Below, piece after piece: positions 21,448 through 30,761 of a DNA stretch of 64,000 bases. The stretch covers positions 9,384 to 73,383 of the forward strand of contig JAGBWK010000005.1 of assembly GCA_017629835.1 (NCBI GenBank). The letters are read 5' to 3'. The translations under genes were made by a program, and so were the position numbers. Every line of letters begins with the position of its first letter. The stretch's first letter is position 1. Below the pieces are notes generated by a model that worked only from the letters and a program-made list of their open reading frames with translations, was not told where the DNA came from and did no database searches. Source of the stretch: Muribaculaceae bacterium (lineage in GTDB: Bacteria; Bacteroidota; Bacteroidia; Bacteroidales; Muribaculaceae).

Positions 21448-22572
21448 ATGAATCTCTTCGACGTTTATTCCTTATACGACATTGAGCCAGTAGCTGGCAA
21501 GGGCAACTATGTTTACACTGCCGACGGCACCGAATACCTCGACCTCTATGGAGGTCATGCCGTAATATCTGTCGGACATAGTCATCCTCATTATATCAAG
21601 ACTATTTCTGAACAATTAGCCAAACTCGGATTCTACTCCAATTCTGTTCAGAATTCACTCCAACAGCGTCTTGCTGACTTGATTGGCGAGTTGAGCGGTT
21701 ACGATGATTACCAGCTCTTCCTGTGCAATTCTGGCGCAGAAGCTAACGAAAATGCTATTAAACTGGCGTCATTTCATACTGGGCGCAAACGTCTTCTCGC
21801 ATTCTCAAAAGCATTCCATGGTCGTACATCGGGAGCAGTTGCCGCAACAGCTAATCCAAAGATTATAGCCCCATTTAATCAGACTGACAACGTGGTTCAC
21901 GTTCCTCTTGGCGATATCGAAGCAGTAGAGCACGAACTCGCCACTGGCGAATATTGTGGCGTAATCATCGAGGGGATTCAAGGTGTAGCAGGCATTGTAA
22001 TGCCCGGCGACGACTTCTTCATTGAACTACGCGACGTAACAAAGAAATACAACGTACCTCTAATCCTTGACGAAATTCAAAGCGGATACGGACGCACTGG
22101 CCAATTCTTTGCGCATCAATATAGCGGCATTCGCCCCGACCTCATAACTATGGCCAAAGGGATTGCCAACGGCTTCCCAGTGGGCGCAGTGCTGATTTCT
22201 CCTGAATTCAAGGCCACAAAAGGAATGCTTGGCACAACATTTGGCGGAAGTCATCTCGCGTGTGCTGCAGCTATAGCCGTAGCTGAAATCGTTAAATCAG
22301 AAAATCTTATTGACAACGCTGCCAAAGTGGGGAACTACCTTATTGAGCGCCTACACACGATTCCAAATCTTAAAGATATTCGTGGTCGTGGGCTAATGGT
22401 TGGCTTCGATGTTGAGGGCTCAGGCTCAGAAGCCCGCAAACAATTGCTCTTCAACCACAAAATCTTCACAGGTGGAGCAGGAGAGTCAACAGTCCGCATA
22501 TTGCCTGCACTTACAGTAGGCACAGCTGAAATCGACAAGCTAATCACTGCATTGAAGATTCAATTTGAATAA
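21448..22572 (+). CDS. argD: Acylornithine aminotransferase
   Basis: NSGAEANE, FHGRT, DEIQSGYGRTG, AKG PLP lysine, TFGG. Confidence 0.93.
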   Translation: MNLFDVYSLYDIEPVAGKGNYVYTADGTEYLDLYGGHAVISVGHSHPHYIKTISEQLAKLGFYSNSVQNSLQQRLADLIGELSGYDDYQLFLCNSGAEANENAIKLASFHTGRKRLLAFSKAFHGRTSGAVAATANPKIIAPFNQTDNVVHVPLGDIEAVEHELATGEYCGVIIEGIQGVAGIVMPGDDFFIELRDVTKKYNVPLILDEIQSGYGRTGQFFAHQYSGIRPDLITMAKGIANGFPVGAVLISPEFKATKGMLGTTFGGSHLACAAAIAVAEIVKSENLIDNAAKVGNYLIERLHTIPNLKDIRGRGLMVGFDVEGSGSEARKQLLFNHKIFTGGAGESTVRILPALTVGTAEIDKLITALKIQFE

Positions 22573-22599
22573 AAGTCTCAACCATTCAACAATCATCCA

Positions 22600-23556
22600 A
22601 TGAAAAAATTCACTTGCGTTAATGATATTGGCGACATTCGCGCTGCAATTGATGAAGCATTAGCAATTAAGCGCGACCGCTTTGCGTTTACTGAACTCGG
22701 ACGCAATCGCACGCTGCTCATGATATTTTTCAATTCAAGCCTACGCACACGCCTTAGCACTCAAAAGGCAGCACTAAATCTTGGAATGAACGTAATGGTG
22801 CTCGACGTAAATCAAGGTGCATGGAAACTTGAAACTGAGCGCGGAGTCGTTATGGACGGCGACAAAGCTGAGCATTTGCTTGAAGCAATTCCTGTAATGG
22901 GTAGCTATTGCGACATCATTGGTGTGCGTTCATTCGCAGGTCTCAAAGACAAAGCCGAAGACTACGAAGAGCGTGTAATTGAGCAATTTATCCGCTATTC
23001 TGGTCGCCCAGTATTCAGTATGGAAGCAGCCACACGTCACCCTCTACAGAGCTTTGCTGACCTCATCACAATCGAAGAATATCGCACAATGGAACGCCCA
23101 AAAGTTGTTCTAACATGGGCTCCACATCCTCGTGCACTACCGCAAGCCGTACCAAATTCGTTTGCGGAATGGATGAATGCAACCGACTACGACTTCGTAA
23201 TCACTCATCCTCACGGCTACGAACTTGATCCTCAATTCGTTGGTAAAGCACGCGTTGAATATGACCAAATAAAGGCTCTCGAGGGGGCAGACTTCGTCTA
23301 TGCAAAGAATTGGTCAGCCTATGCCGATCCAAACTATGGCAAAGTGCTTTCTACCGACCGCAACTGGACAATCGATGCAGCGAAAATGGCTGTCACCAAC
23401 AACGCTTACTTTATGCACTGCTTGCCCGTACGCCGCAATATGATTGTCACCGACGACGTTATTGAATCAGAGCGCAGCATTGTGATTCCCGAAGCTGCCA
23501 ACCGCGAAATTTCTGCACAAACAGTCATTAAACGACTCCTCGAAGGACTAAAATGA
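22600..23556 (+). CDS. argF: N-succinyl/acetyl-ornithine carbamoyltransferase (ArgF')
   Basis: SLRTRLS, WKLE..GVVMDGDK, HPLQ, HCLPVRRN of the Bacteroides ArgF' family. Confidence 0.92.
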   Translation: MKKFTCVNDIGDIRAAIDEALAIKRDRFAFTELGRNRTLLMIFFNSSLRTRLSTQKAALNLGMNVMVLDVNQGAWKLETERGVVMDGDKAEHLLEAIPVMGSYCDIIGVRSFAGLKDKAEDYEERVIEQFIRYSGRPVFSMEAATRHPLQSFADLITIEEYRTMERPKVVLTWAPHPRALPQAVPNSFAEWMNATDYDFVITHPHGYELDPQFVGKARVEYDQIKALEGADFVYAKNWSAYADPNYGKVLSTDRNWTIDAAKMAVTNNAYFMHCLPVRRNMIVTDDVIESERSIVIPEAANREISAQTVIKRLLEGLK

Positions 23557-24332
23557 GCAACATCAAAGTAATAAAAATAGGTGGCAACGTCGTTGACAAT
23601 CCCGAAGCACTCGAACGCTTCGTTGTCGATTTCGCAAACACTCCAGGCCATAAAATCCTCGTCCATGGGGGTGGGGTAGAAGCCACTCGCCTCAGCGCTC
23701 GACTGAACATCGAAACCAGAATGATTGAAGGACGACGCGTTACTGATGCCGATACTTTGGAAGTCGTCACAATGGTCTACGCCGGGCTTATCAACAAACG
23801 AATTGTAGCCAAACTCCAAAACGCTGGGTGCAACGCGATAGGCCTCACAGGAGCTGATGCCCACATCGTCACAGCCACTCGTCGCAAACCCAATCCTATC
23901 GATTATGGTTTCGTTGGCGACATTCACGACGGAGCTGTCGACGGACAAACATTAGTGCACCTATGCAAATCGGGCATTGTACCTGTAGTATGTGCAATAA
24001 TGTACGACGGAGAGGGTGGATTGCTTAACTGCAATGCCGATAGCGTAGCCACTGCCGTAGCTCTCGGTGTCAGCAAATTAGCTACAACCGACCTCGTTTT
24101 TTGCTTCGACAAGAAAGGTGTGCTTCGCGATGTTGACGACCCAACATCGACTATCCCAACTATAACACCAGCCAACTATCCCGATTTGCGCTCGGGAAAC
24201 ATTATATTTAAGGGGATGATTCCCAAAATCGACAACGCATTACGCGCCATAGCCGAAGGTTTGCGTAGCGTCAGAATTTGCCATAGCGACGACCTAAACA
24301 ATGACTGCGGAACAACAATACATAACATCTGA
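23553..24332 (+). CDS. argB: Acylglutamate kinase
   Basis: VIKIGG, LVHGGG, GRRVTD, LNCNADS, GMIPK. Confidence 0.95.
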   Translation: MSNIKVIKIGGNVVDNPEALERFVVDFANTPGHKILVHGGGVEATRLSARLNIETRMIEGRRVTDADTLEVVTMVYAGLINKRIVAKLQNAGCNAIGLTGADAHIVTATRRKPNPIDYGFVGDIHDGAVDGQTLVHLCKSGIVPVVCAIMYDGEGGLLNCNADSVATAVALGVSKLATTDLVFCFDKKGVLRDVDDPTSTIPTITPANYPDLRSGNIIFKGMIPKIDNALRAIAEGLRSVRICHSDDLNNDCGTTIHNI

Positions 24333-25407
24333 GGCTGCTATCGACCTGCTGTGCGAACTCATAGCAACACCCTCGGTTAGCCGCGACGAATCCGCCGCAG
24401 CTACTGTTGTTTTCGATTGGCTTAACTCTCATGGCATAACCGCAAATCGGCATAACAACAATGTGTGGGCAGTACATTCTCATTTCGACCACAAAAAGCC
24501 GACATTGATGCTCAATGCCCACCTCGACACTGTAAAGCCGTCACCCTCATACACTCGCAATCCTTTCGATGCAACACGCATTGACGATCGCATTTACGGA
24601 CTTGGCAGCAACGACGACGGAGGCTCCGTAGTATCACTCGTTGCAACATTCTGCAACCTTCAGAACGCTCAACTCCCTTTCAATCTGCTACTTGCGCTTA
24701 GTTCAGAAGAGGAAGTATCAGGCGAAAATGGTATGCGCTCGCTCTTACCTCATCTATCAAGCCTTGGAATAAAACCCAATATGGCATTGGTAGGGGAGCC
24801 TACAGCTATGCAGCCAGCTATCGCTGAGCGAGGATTGATAGTTCTCGACGGCGAAGCTAAAGGCGCAACTGGCCACGCTGCACGCAACGAGGGGATAAAT
24901 GCACTCTACATAGCTCTTGACGACATCAACACTCTCCGCAACCTCCAATTCGACCGCACATCACCAACGCTTGGCGACATCAAAGTCACAGTCACTCAGA
25001 TTGAAGCTGGACGTCAGCACAACGTAGTGCCCGAATCGTGCCGTTTCGTAGTTGACGTTCGCACAACCGATGCGTACACCAACGAGCAAACCCACAAAAT
25101 ACTCTCAGCAGCCATAAAATCACAGCTAAACGCACGCTCATATCGCATTCGGGCATCTGTAATCGAAGAAAGCCACCCAATGGTAAAAGCGGCTATCGAA
25201 CAAGGCAAAACTCCTTTCGTTTCGCCCACGACCTCCGACATGGCACTTATGCCAGATTTCCCCACGCTGAAAATGGGTCCGGGAGAATCGTCAAGGAGTC
25301 ATCAAGCCGACGAATATATCTTAGAAAGCGAAATCGAGCAAGCAATCGATTCATACGCTGATTTTATCAACCGACTTGCCAAACATTACAGCAATCGGGG
25401 CAATTGA
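24301..25407 (+). CDS. argE: M20 family acylornithine/acylcitrulline deacylase (ArgE-like)
   Basis: AHLDTV, GLGSNDDG, EEE, VGEPT, SHQADE; within arg operon. Confidence 0.85.
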   Translation: MTAEQQYITSEAAIDLLCELIATPSVSRDESAAATVVFDWLNSHGITANRHNNNVWAVHSHFDHKKPTLMLNAHLDTVKPSPSYTRNPFDATRIDDRIYGLGSNDDGGSVVSLVATFCNLQNAQLPFNLLLALSSEEEVSGENGMRSLLPHLSSLGIKPNMALVGEPTAMQPAIAERGLIVLDGEAKGATGHAARNEGINALYIALDDINTLRNLQFDRTSPTLGDIKVTVTQIEAGRQHNVVPESCRFVVDVRTTDAYTNEQTHKILSAAIKSQLNARSYRIRASVIEESHPMVKAAIEQGKTPFVSPTTSDMALMPDFPTLKMGPGESSRSHQADEYILESEIEQAIDSYADFINRLAKHYSNRGN

Positions 25408-25444
25408 AGTCAACCTAACTTAACAACCCACAAATCAACCGAAT

Positions 25445-26740
25445 ATGCAACTCTGGAACAAAGGCTACGAGCCCGACAAAATGATTGAAGAATTCACCGT
25501 TGGCAACGACCGCGAGCTCGATATGCGACTCGCTCGCTACGACGTGCAAGGCTCTATGGCACACATTCGTATGCTCCACAAAATCGGACTTCTCGAAGAA
25601 GAAGAACTCACTAAGCTACTAGCTGAGCTACAAAACATTCTCGGCGAAATAGAGCGCGAAGAGTTCACCATACGACCCGGAGTTGAAGATGTTCACTCAC
25701 AAGTTGAATTCCTTCTCACTGAGCGACTTGGCGAAATCGGCAAAAAAATCCACTCTGGACGCTCACGCAACGACCAAGTGCTTGTCGACCTCAAGCTAAT
25801 GCTTCGCGACGAACTGCGAGAGATTGCTTATTCTGCAAATACACTATTCACTCGTCTGCAACAGCTTAGCGAGGAATACAAAGATGTACTTATGCCCGGT
25901 TATACCCACCTGCAAGTTGCTATGCCTTCATCGTTTGGCTTATGGTTTGGAGCCTATGCCGAAGCGCTTGTCGACGACCTGCAAATCGTTGCAGCAGCAT
26001 ATCGCATCGCTAACCAAAACCCACTCGGCTCAGCAGCAGGCTATGGCTCATCGTTCCCTCTCGACCGCCAAATGACCACCGACCTGCTCGGATTCGACAC
26101 AATGCACTACAACGTAGTTGCTGCACAGATGAGCCGCGGCAAGACTGAGCGCGCCGTAGCTATGGCTATCGAAGCTATCGCATCAACCGTTGGCCATTTC
26201 GCTATGGACGTATGCCTATGGATGTGCTCCAACTTCGGCTTTGTTCGTTTCCCCGACGAATTCACCACTGGCTCAAGCATTATGCCACACAAGAAAAATC
26301 CCGATGTGTTCGAGATAATGCGTGGCAAGTGCAATCGTCTACAATCAATCCCCAACGAAATCGCACTCCTCACAGCCAACCTCCCTCTTGGCTACAACCG
26401 CGATTTGCAACTACTTAAAGATATTATATTCCCCGCCACACTCGAAATACGTCAATGCCTTGAAATGTGCCACTTTATGCTTGGCCATATCATCATCAAC
26501 ACCGACATTATTTCCGACTCAAAATACGACTATCTATTCACCGTAGAGGATGTCAACCGCTTGGCGCTCAGCGGCACTCCATTCCGCGAAGCATACCGCC
26601 AGATAGGTATGCAAGTGCAGCATGGCGAATACACTCCTCATCGCGAAGTCAATCACACTCATCAAGGCAGTATTGGCAATCTTTGCAATGACAAGATTGC
26701 AGAGAAAATGCGCAAAGTAATGCAAACTTTCGCCTGCTAA
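25445..26740 (+). CDS. argH: Argininosuccinate lyase
   Basis: HSGRSRNDQV, GYTHLQ, GSSIMPHKKNPD. Confidence 0.97.
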   Translation: MQLWNKGYEPDKMIEEFTVGNDRELDMRLARYDVQGSMAHIRMLHKIGLLEEEELTKLLAELQNILGEIEREEFTIRPGVEDVHSQVEFLLTERLGEIGKKIHSGRSRNDQVLVDLKLMLRDELREIAYSANTLFTRLQQLSEEYKDVLMPGYTHLQVAMPSSFGLWFGAYAEALVDDLQIVAAAYRIANQNPLGSAAGYGSSFPLDRQMTTDLLGFDTMHYNVVAAQMSRGKTERAVAMAIEAIASTVGHFAMDVCLWMCSNFGFVRFPDEFTTGSSIMPHKKNPDVFEIMRGKCNRLQSIPNEIALLTANLPLGYNRDLQLLKDIIFPATLEIRQCLEMCHFMLGHIIINTDIISDSKYDYLFTVEDVNRLALSGTPFREAYRQIGMQVQHGEYTPHREVNHTHQGSIGNLCNDKIAEKMRKVMQTFAC

Positions 26741-26874
26741 GACCGCCATTGACTCTACCGTAGTAGCAACATTGACGGCTGAAAACACCCTAAACCAGTT
26801 TTTACTTGATTTTGTAGTCAAATTTTAGTAACTTTGCTGATAATTAGACAATATCAACAAAATCAATAGACAAT

Positions 26875-28713
26875 ATGTGTGGAATTGTAGGATATATCGG
26901 CGACGAACAATGCTACCAAATACTCATTAAAGGGCTTCACCGACTTGAATATCGTGGCTACGACAGCGCTGGAGTTGCGTTAATCGACAGCAACAACAAT
27001 ATCAATCTATATAAATCACACGGCAAAGTCGCAGCACTCGAAAAGTTCTGCGAGTCGAAGGATGTCACTGGCACCATAGGTATTGCTCACACTCGTTGGG
27101 CTACTCACGGCGAGCCAAACGACGTCAATGCCCACCCCCACATGAGCCAAGATAGCAACATCGCTATCGTTCACAACGGCACAATCGAGAACTACAAGGT
27201 GCTGAAGCAGGCTCTCATCGAGCATGGTTGTGAATTCAGAAGCGAAACCGACACTGAAGTGCTCGTTCAGCTCATCGAATATATCAAAAACAGCAACAAG
27301 TGCTCACTCCTGTCGGCCGTTCGCGAAGCTCTCAACGAAGTAATCGGAGCATACGCAATTGCTGTAATCGACAAGAACACTCCCAACACCATTATAGCCG
27401 CTCGCAAGAGCTCTCCGTTGGTAATCGGAATAGGGGAGAACGCCACTTATCTTGCCTCAGATGCCACTCCAATCATCGATTATACCAACAAAGTCGTTTA
27501 CCTAAACGATGATGAAATAGCTATAATCAAAAAAGATGAGCCTCTCAGCGTAATAAAGTCGAACAACGAGCCATCCAACATCGACATACAGACACTCAAG
27601 CTATCTGTATCGCAACTCGAAAAGGGTGGTTACCCCCACTTCATGCTCAAAGAGATATTTGAGCAGCCCAACACACTGCGCGACTGCATTCGTGGACGTG
27701 TTGTCAACGACCAAATACAGCTTTCGGGCGTAATGGATAACAAAGAGCGATTTATGAACGCCAAACGCATAATTATCGTTGCGTGTGGCACATCATGGCA
27801 CGCAGGCTTGATTGGCAAGCGTCTGCTTATCGACTATGCTCGCATACCTGTTGAGGTGGAATACGCCAGCGAATTCCGTTATAGCAACCCCGTAATTAAC
27901 CCCGACGACATCGTAATCGCTATATCTCAATCAGGCGAAACTGCCGACACTCTCGCTGCAATACAAATTGCCAAAGAGAAAGGCGCATTCGTCTATGGTG
28001 TTTGCAACGTAGTCGGCTCATCTATTGCTCGAGCCACCGATTCTGGCACTTACATCCACGTTGGTCCCGAAATTGGTGTAGCATCCACAAAAGCATTTAC
28101 CGGACAGGTAACAGTGCTTACAATGCTTGCTATCGCCATCGGCCAACTTCGTGGCACAGTCGACGATCAGACCGTAGCAAAAATTGCTCAGTCTATTCGT
28201 CAAATGCCAGAGCTCATCACCGAAGCACTGAAACTCAACAAAGAGATTGAGCGATTGTCATACACATTCACTTACGCCCACAACTTCCTTTATTTAGGTC
28301 GTGGCTACAACTTCCCAAGCGCACTCGAAGGAGCGCTCAAGCTCAAGGAAATCAGCTATATCCATGCCGAAGGCTACCCAGCAGCAGAAATGAAGCATGG
28401 TCCTATCGCATTGATTGACCACGAACTCCCAACAGTGTTTATCGCCCCCTCCGACGAACTTCACGAAAAGATTATCTCCAACATCCAGCAGGTAAAAGCT
28501 CGTGGAGGCGCAGTTATCGCTGTAATCACTAAGGGTGACCAAGAGATTGCCAACCTCGCAAACTTCATCCTCGAAATACCCGAAGTTCCCGAATGTTTGT
28601 CGCCAATCCTCGTGTCAATCCCATTGCAACTTTTGGCTTACCACATCGCAGTCAAAAAGGGATGCAACGTCGATATGCCTCGTAACCTTGCCAAATCAGT
28701 TACCGTAGAATAA
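26875..28713 (+). CDS. glmS: Glutamine--fructose-6-phosphate transaminase
   Basis: MCGIVG, EYRGYDSAG, HTRWATHG, SQSGETADT, PRNLAKSVTVE. Confidence 0.99.
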   Translation: MCGIVGYIGDEQCYQILIKGLHRLEYRGYDSAGVALIDSNNNINLYKSHGKVAALEKFCESKDVTGTIGIAHTRWATHGEPNDVNAHPHMSQDSNIAIVHNGTIENYKVLKQALIEHGCEFRSETDTEVLVQLIEYIKNSNKCSLLSAVREALNEVIGAYAIAVIDKNTPNTIIAARKSSPLVIGIGENATYLASDATPIIDYTNKVVYLNDDEIAIIKKDEPLSVIKSNNEPSNIDIQTLKLSVSQLEKGGYPHFMLKEIFEQPNTLRDCIRGRVVNDQIQLSGVMDNKERFMNAKRIIIVACGTSWHAGLIGKRLLIDYARIPVEVEYASEFRYSNPVINPDDIVIAISQSGETADTLAAIQIAKEKGAFVYGVCNVVGSSIARATDSGTYIHVGPEIGVASTKAFTGQVTVLTMLAIAIGQLRGTVDDQTVAKIAQSIRQMPELITEALKLNKEIERLSYTFTYAHNFLYLGRGYNFPSALEGALKLKEISYIHAEGYPAAEMKHGPIALIDHELPTVFIAPSDELHEKIISNIQQVKARGGAVIAVITKGDQEIANLANFILEIPEVPECLSPILVSIPLQLLAYHIAVKKGCNVDMPRNLAKSVTVE

Positions 28714-28751
28714 TTCCAGCGTCAACCGCAAATTATTCCCCATACAAACCT

Positions 28752-28789
28752 AAACAGGCGTGCCGTTTGAGCGACACGCCTGCTTTTTT
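28752..28789. terminator. Probably bidirectional terminator between glmS and amylase
   Basis: CAGGCGTG ... CACGCCTG with T run on + and AAA on the left. Confidence 0.75.
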
Positions 28790-28808
28790 ATTCTTCAGCC
28801 CTTGCTGC

Positions 28809-30245
28809 TTATTTCTTCTTAATGATATATGTGCGATGTGGAGCAGCAATACCTGTCAAGCGACCTTTCTTCACTTTGAATTCCTTGCCGTAAACCTCAT
28901 CGTAGTATGTGCCATTGGGCAATCCTGTAGGCAGGTCGATAAAGTTTTCAATGCCTGAAATATTGACAATTGCAGCACCTTTTTTGCCGCGGTTCACCAT
29001 TAGCAATTCGCCATTTTCCGATATCTGAATATCCTCTTTCTGTCCTTTCATAGCTTGACGGAACTTGTTCACAGCAGCAACTTCGGGGTGGAAAAACTCA
29101 TCGTTACCGCGAGCACCCAACAGGTTGTCGCCCCAGTAAGCCTTGCGAGTTGAATTCATCGGACGGCTAAAGAACAGTGGCACACCATTTTGGCGAGCAG
29201 TCAAGAATACCCAAGCAGTGCGGATTTGCTCATCGGTCAGATGAGCGCTCTCGTGAGCATTGGCATAAGTGTCGTGGCTTTCTACCCAAGTTGTAAGGTA
29301 TTCGGGTGCTGCTTGATGATACCAGCTGACCAAATCGACACCTTTAGCATTACCCTTGTCGAGCACCTCGCGAAGTATGTGGCCATAACTTGAAGCAGTC
29401 TGTCCCATATAGTCGGCATACTCAGCCTCAGGCACGTTGCGGTCCTGAAGAATTTCGCCATACACAAACAAGTCATCGTAAGGCACAGCCAATCGAACAC
29501 CCTTCACAGCTTTGCGTCCGGTTGCAACATCCCAGAAGTCATTCTCCTTAACGCCTGAAGCAGTGTCAACAGGGTCGGAGTGCACGCCAATATGCTTAGC
29601 TGTGTCGTAGCGGAAACCGCCCACACCAAGGCTCAACAAGTCGTTGACAAACTCCATATAATATTTCTGGAAATCGGGATTCTCAGTATTTACGTCGGGC
29701 AGCGCGCCAGAGCCCCACAATGTGCACTGGTATCGGTCGTTATAGTCCTTTACAGGATTGAGACCCTGCGAATGATACAACTTGTCGCGACCACCAACAG
29801 CCTTAACGAAATCTTCCGAAACGGCATCCACATCAAATGCAGTGTGGTTAGGCAACACGTCGACTATCACTCGGATATCATACTTAGCAGCTGAGTCCAT
29901 CATCACCTTCATTTGGTCGCGAGAGCCAACAATCTGATTACCAATCTTCCATGCAGTAGGCTGATAATAGTAGTACCAGTTGCCTTCGGTCACATCTTCG
30001 TCGAAAATCTTCTTAGAGCTGCCCTTAGGGTTATAACATTCCTGCACTGGCGAAGTCTGAATCATCGTAAATCCTGCATCGGAAATGCGTTTCATATTCT
30101 CAGCAATAGTTGGGAAATTCCAACTCCACACATGCAAAATTGCATCAGTGTTAGTCACATCAGGATTGTGAGTTACGCGATCTTTAGCCCCAATTGGCAT
30201 AGCAACCGCCGCAGCTAAAGCCGCTATCAAAATTGATTTATTCAT
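28809..30245 (-). CDS. Secreted GH13 alpha-amylase (AmyE-like)
   Basis: Signal peptide; ILHVWSW, IQTSP, WYYYYQP, catalytic GFRYDTAKH, YGEILQ, WVESHD; C-terminal beta domain LPNGTYYD. Confidence 0.9.
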   Translation of the reverse strand: MNKSILIAALAAAVAMPIGAKDRVTHNPDVTNTDAILHVWSWNFPTIAENMKRISDAGFTMIQTSPVQECYNPKGSSKKIFDEDVTEGNWYYYYQPTAWKIGNQIVGSRDQMKVMMDSAAKYDIRVIVDVLPNHTAFDVDAVSEDFVKAVGGRDKLYHSQGLNPVKDYNDRYQCTLWGSGALPDVNTENPDFQKYYMEFVNDLLSLGVGGFRYDTAKHIGVHSDPVDTASGVKENDFWDVATGRKAVKGVRLAVPYDDLFVYGEILQDRNVPEAEYADYMGQTASSYGHILREVLDKGNAKGVDLVSWYHQAAPEYLTTWVESHDTYANAHESAHLTDEQIRTAWVFLTARQNGVPLFFSRPMNSTRKAYWGDNLLGARGNDEFFHPEVAAVNKFRQAMKGQKEDIQISENGELLMVNRGKKGAAIVNISGIENFIDLPTGLPNGTYYDEVYGKEFKVKKGRLTGIAAPHRTYIIKKK

Positions 30246-30339
30246 AATTTATAAATGTAAGTTTGACATTGTCCAATAACAAATTCAAAGATATGAATTT
30301 TTTCTGAATTTAGTTCCTTAATAATTACAAAATATTTAC

Positions 30340-30347
30340 TACTTTTG
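30340..30347 (+). promoter_or_regulatory. Promoter -7 element for the structured leader and RM-like operon
   Basis: TACTTTTG matching TAnnTTTG immediately before the first hairpin. Confidence 0.55.
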
Positions 30348-30350
30348 TAG

Positions 30351-30688
30351 TGTTCTCATCGCAATCTCGCCATTGCGTGAGTATTCGATGAGAACAGACA
30401 TACTAAAAGGCGTTTACTACGCTTTGGTTTTGACGTTCTGAAATCTGGACAATTTCATATCCTGTCAAGAACAAAGCAGCGTGAATGGCCTCGTTGATGT
30501 GTTTCTAACGCATCTATTGTGCTTTACAGCTATTGGTGTATTCATGCGCCAACGGTTGCAACATTGGCATAATAGTGTTGTTATACATATCGGCGTGAGG
30601 CTTTAGCGTTGCTCGTTTCGACAGGATGGGCAGTCCAGAGCCTCAGAACGTGGAGCGAGCGACAGTGCTTGGGCTTCACGCTTTTTTT
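30351..30688 (+). ncRNA. Structured 5' leader RNA with terminator (unassigned family)
   Basis: 11-bp stem 30351-61/30386-96; long-range arms ACGTTCTGA/TCAGAACGT, TCTGGAC/GTCCAGA, ATCCTGTC/GACAGGAT; terminator CGTGGAGC/GCTTCACG + T7. Confidence 0.65.
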
Positions 30689-30761
30689 ATGTCTTATACG
30701 ATTCCTACACTACTAACTAAATCAGCGGTTGCCGTAGCCCTCGACCGCCTTGCAATGGGCT

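Noticed and set aside
30351-30688. Retron msr-msd or tRNA identity for the structured RNA
   Set aside because: No reverse transcriptase in the window and no tRNA cloverleaf motifs
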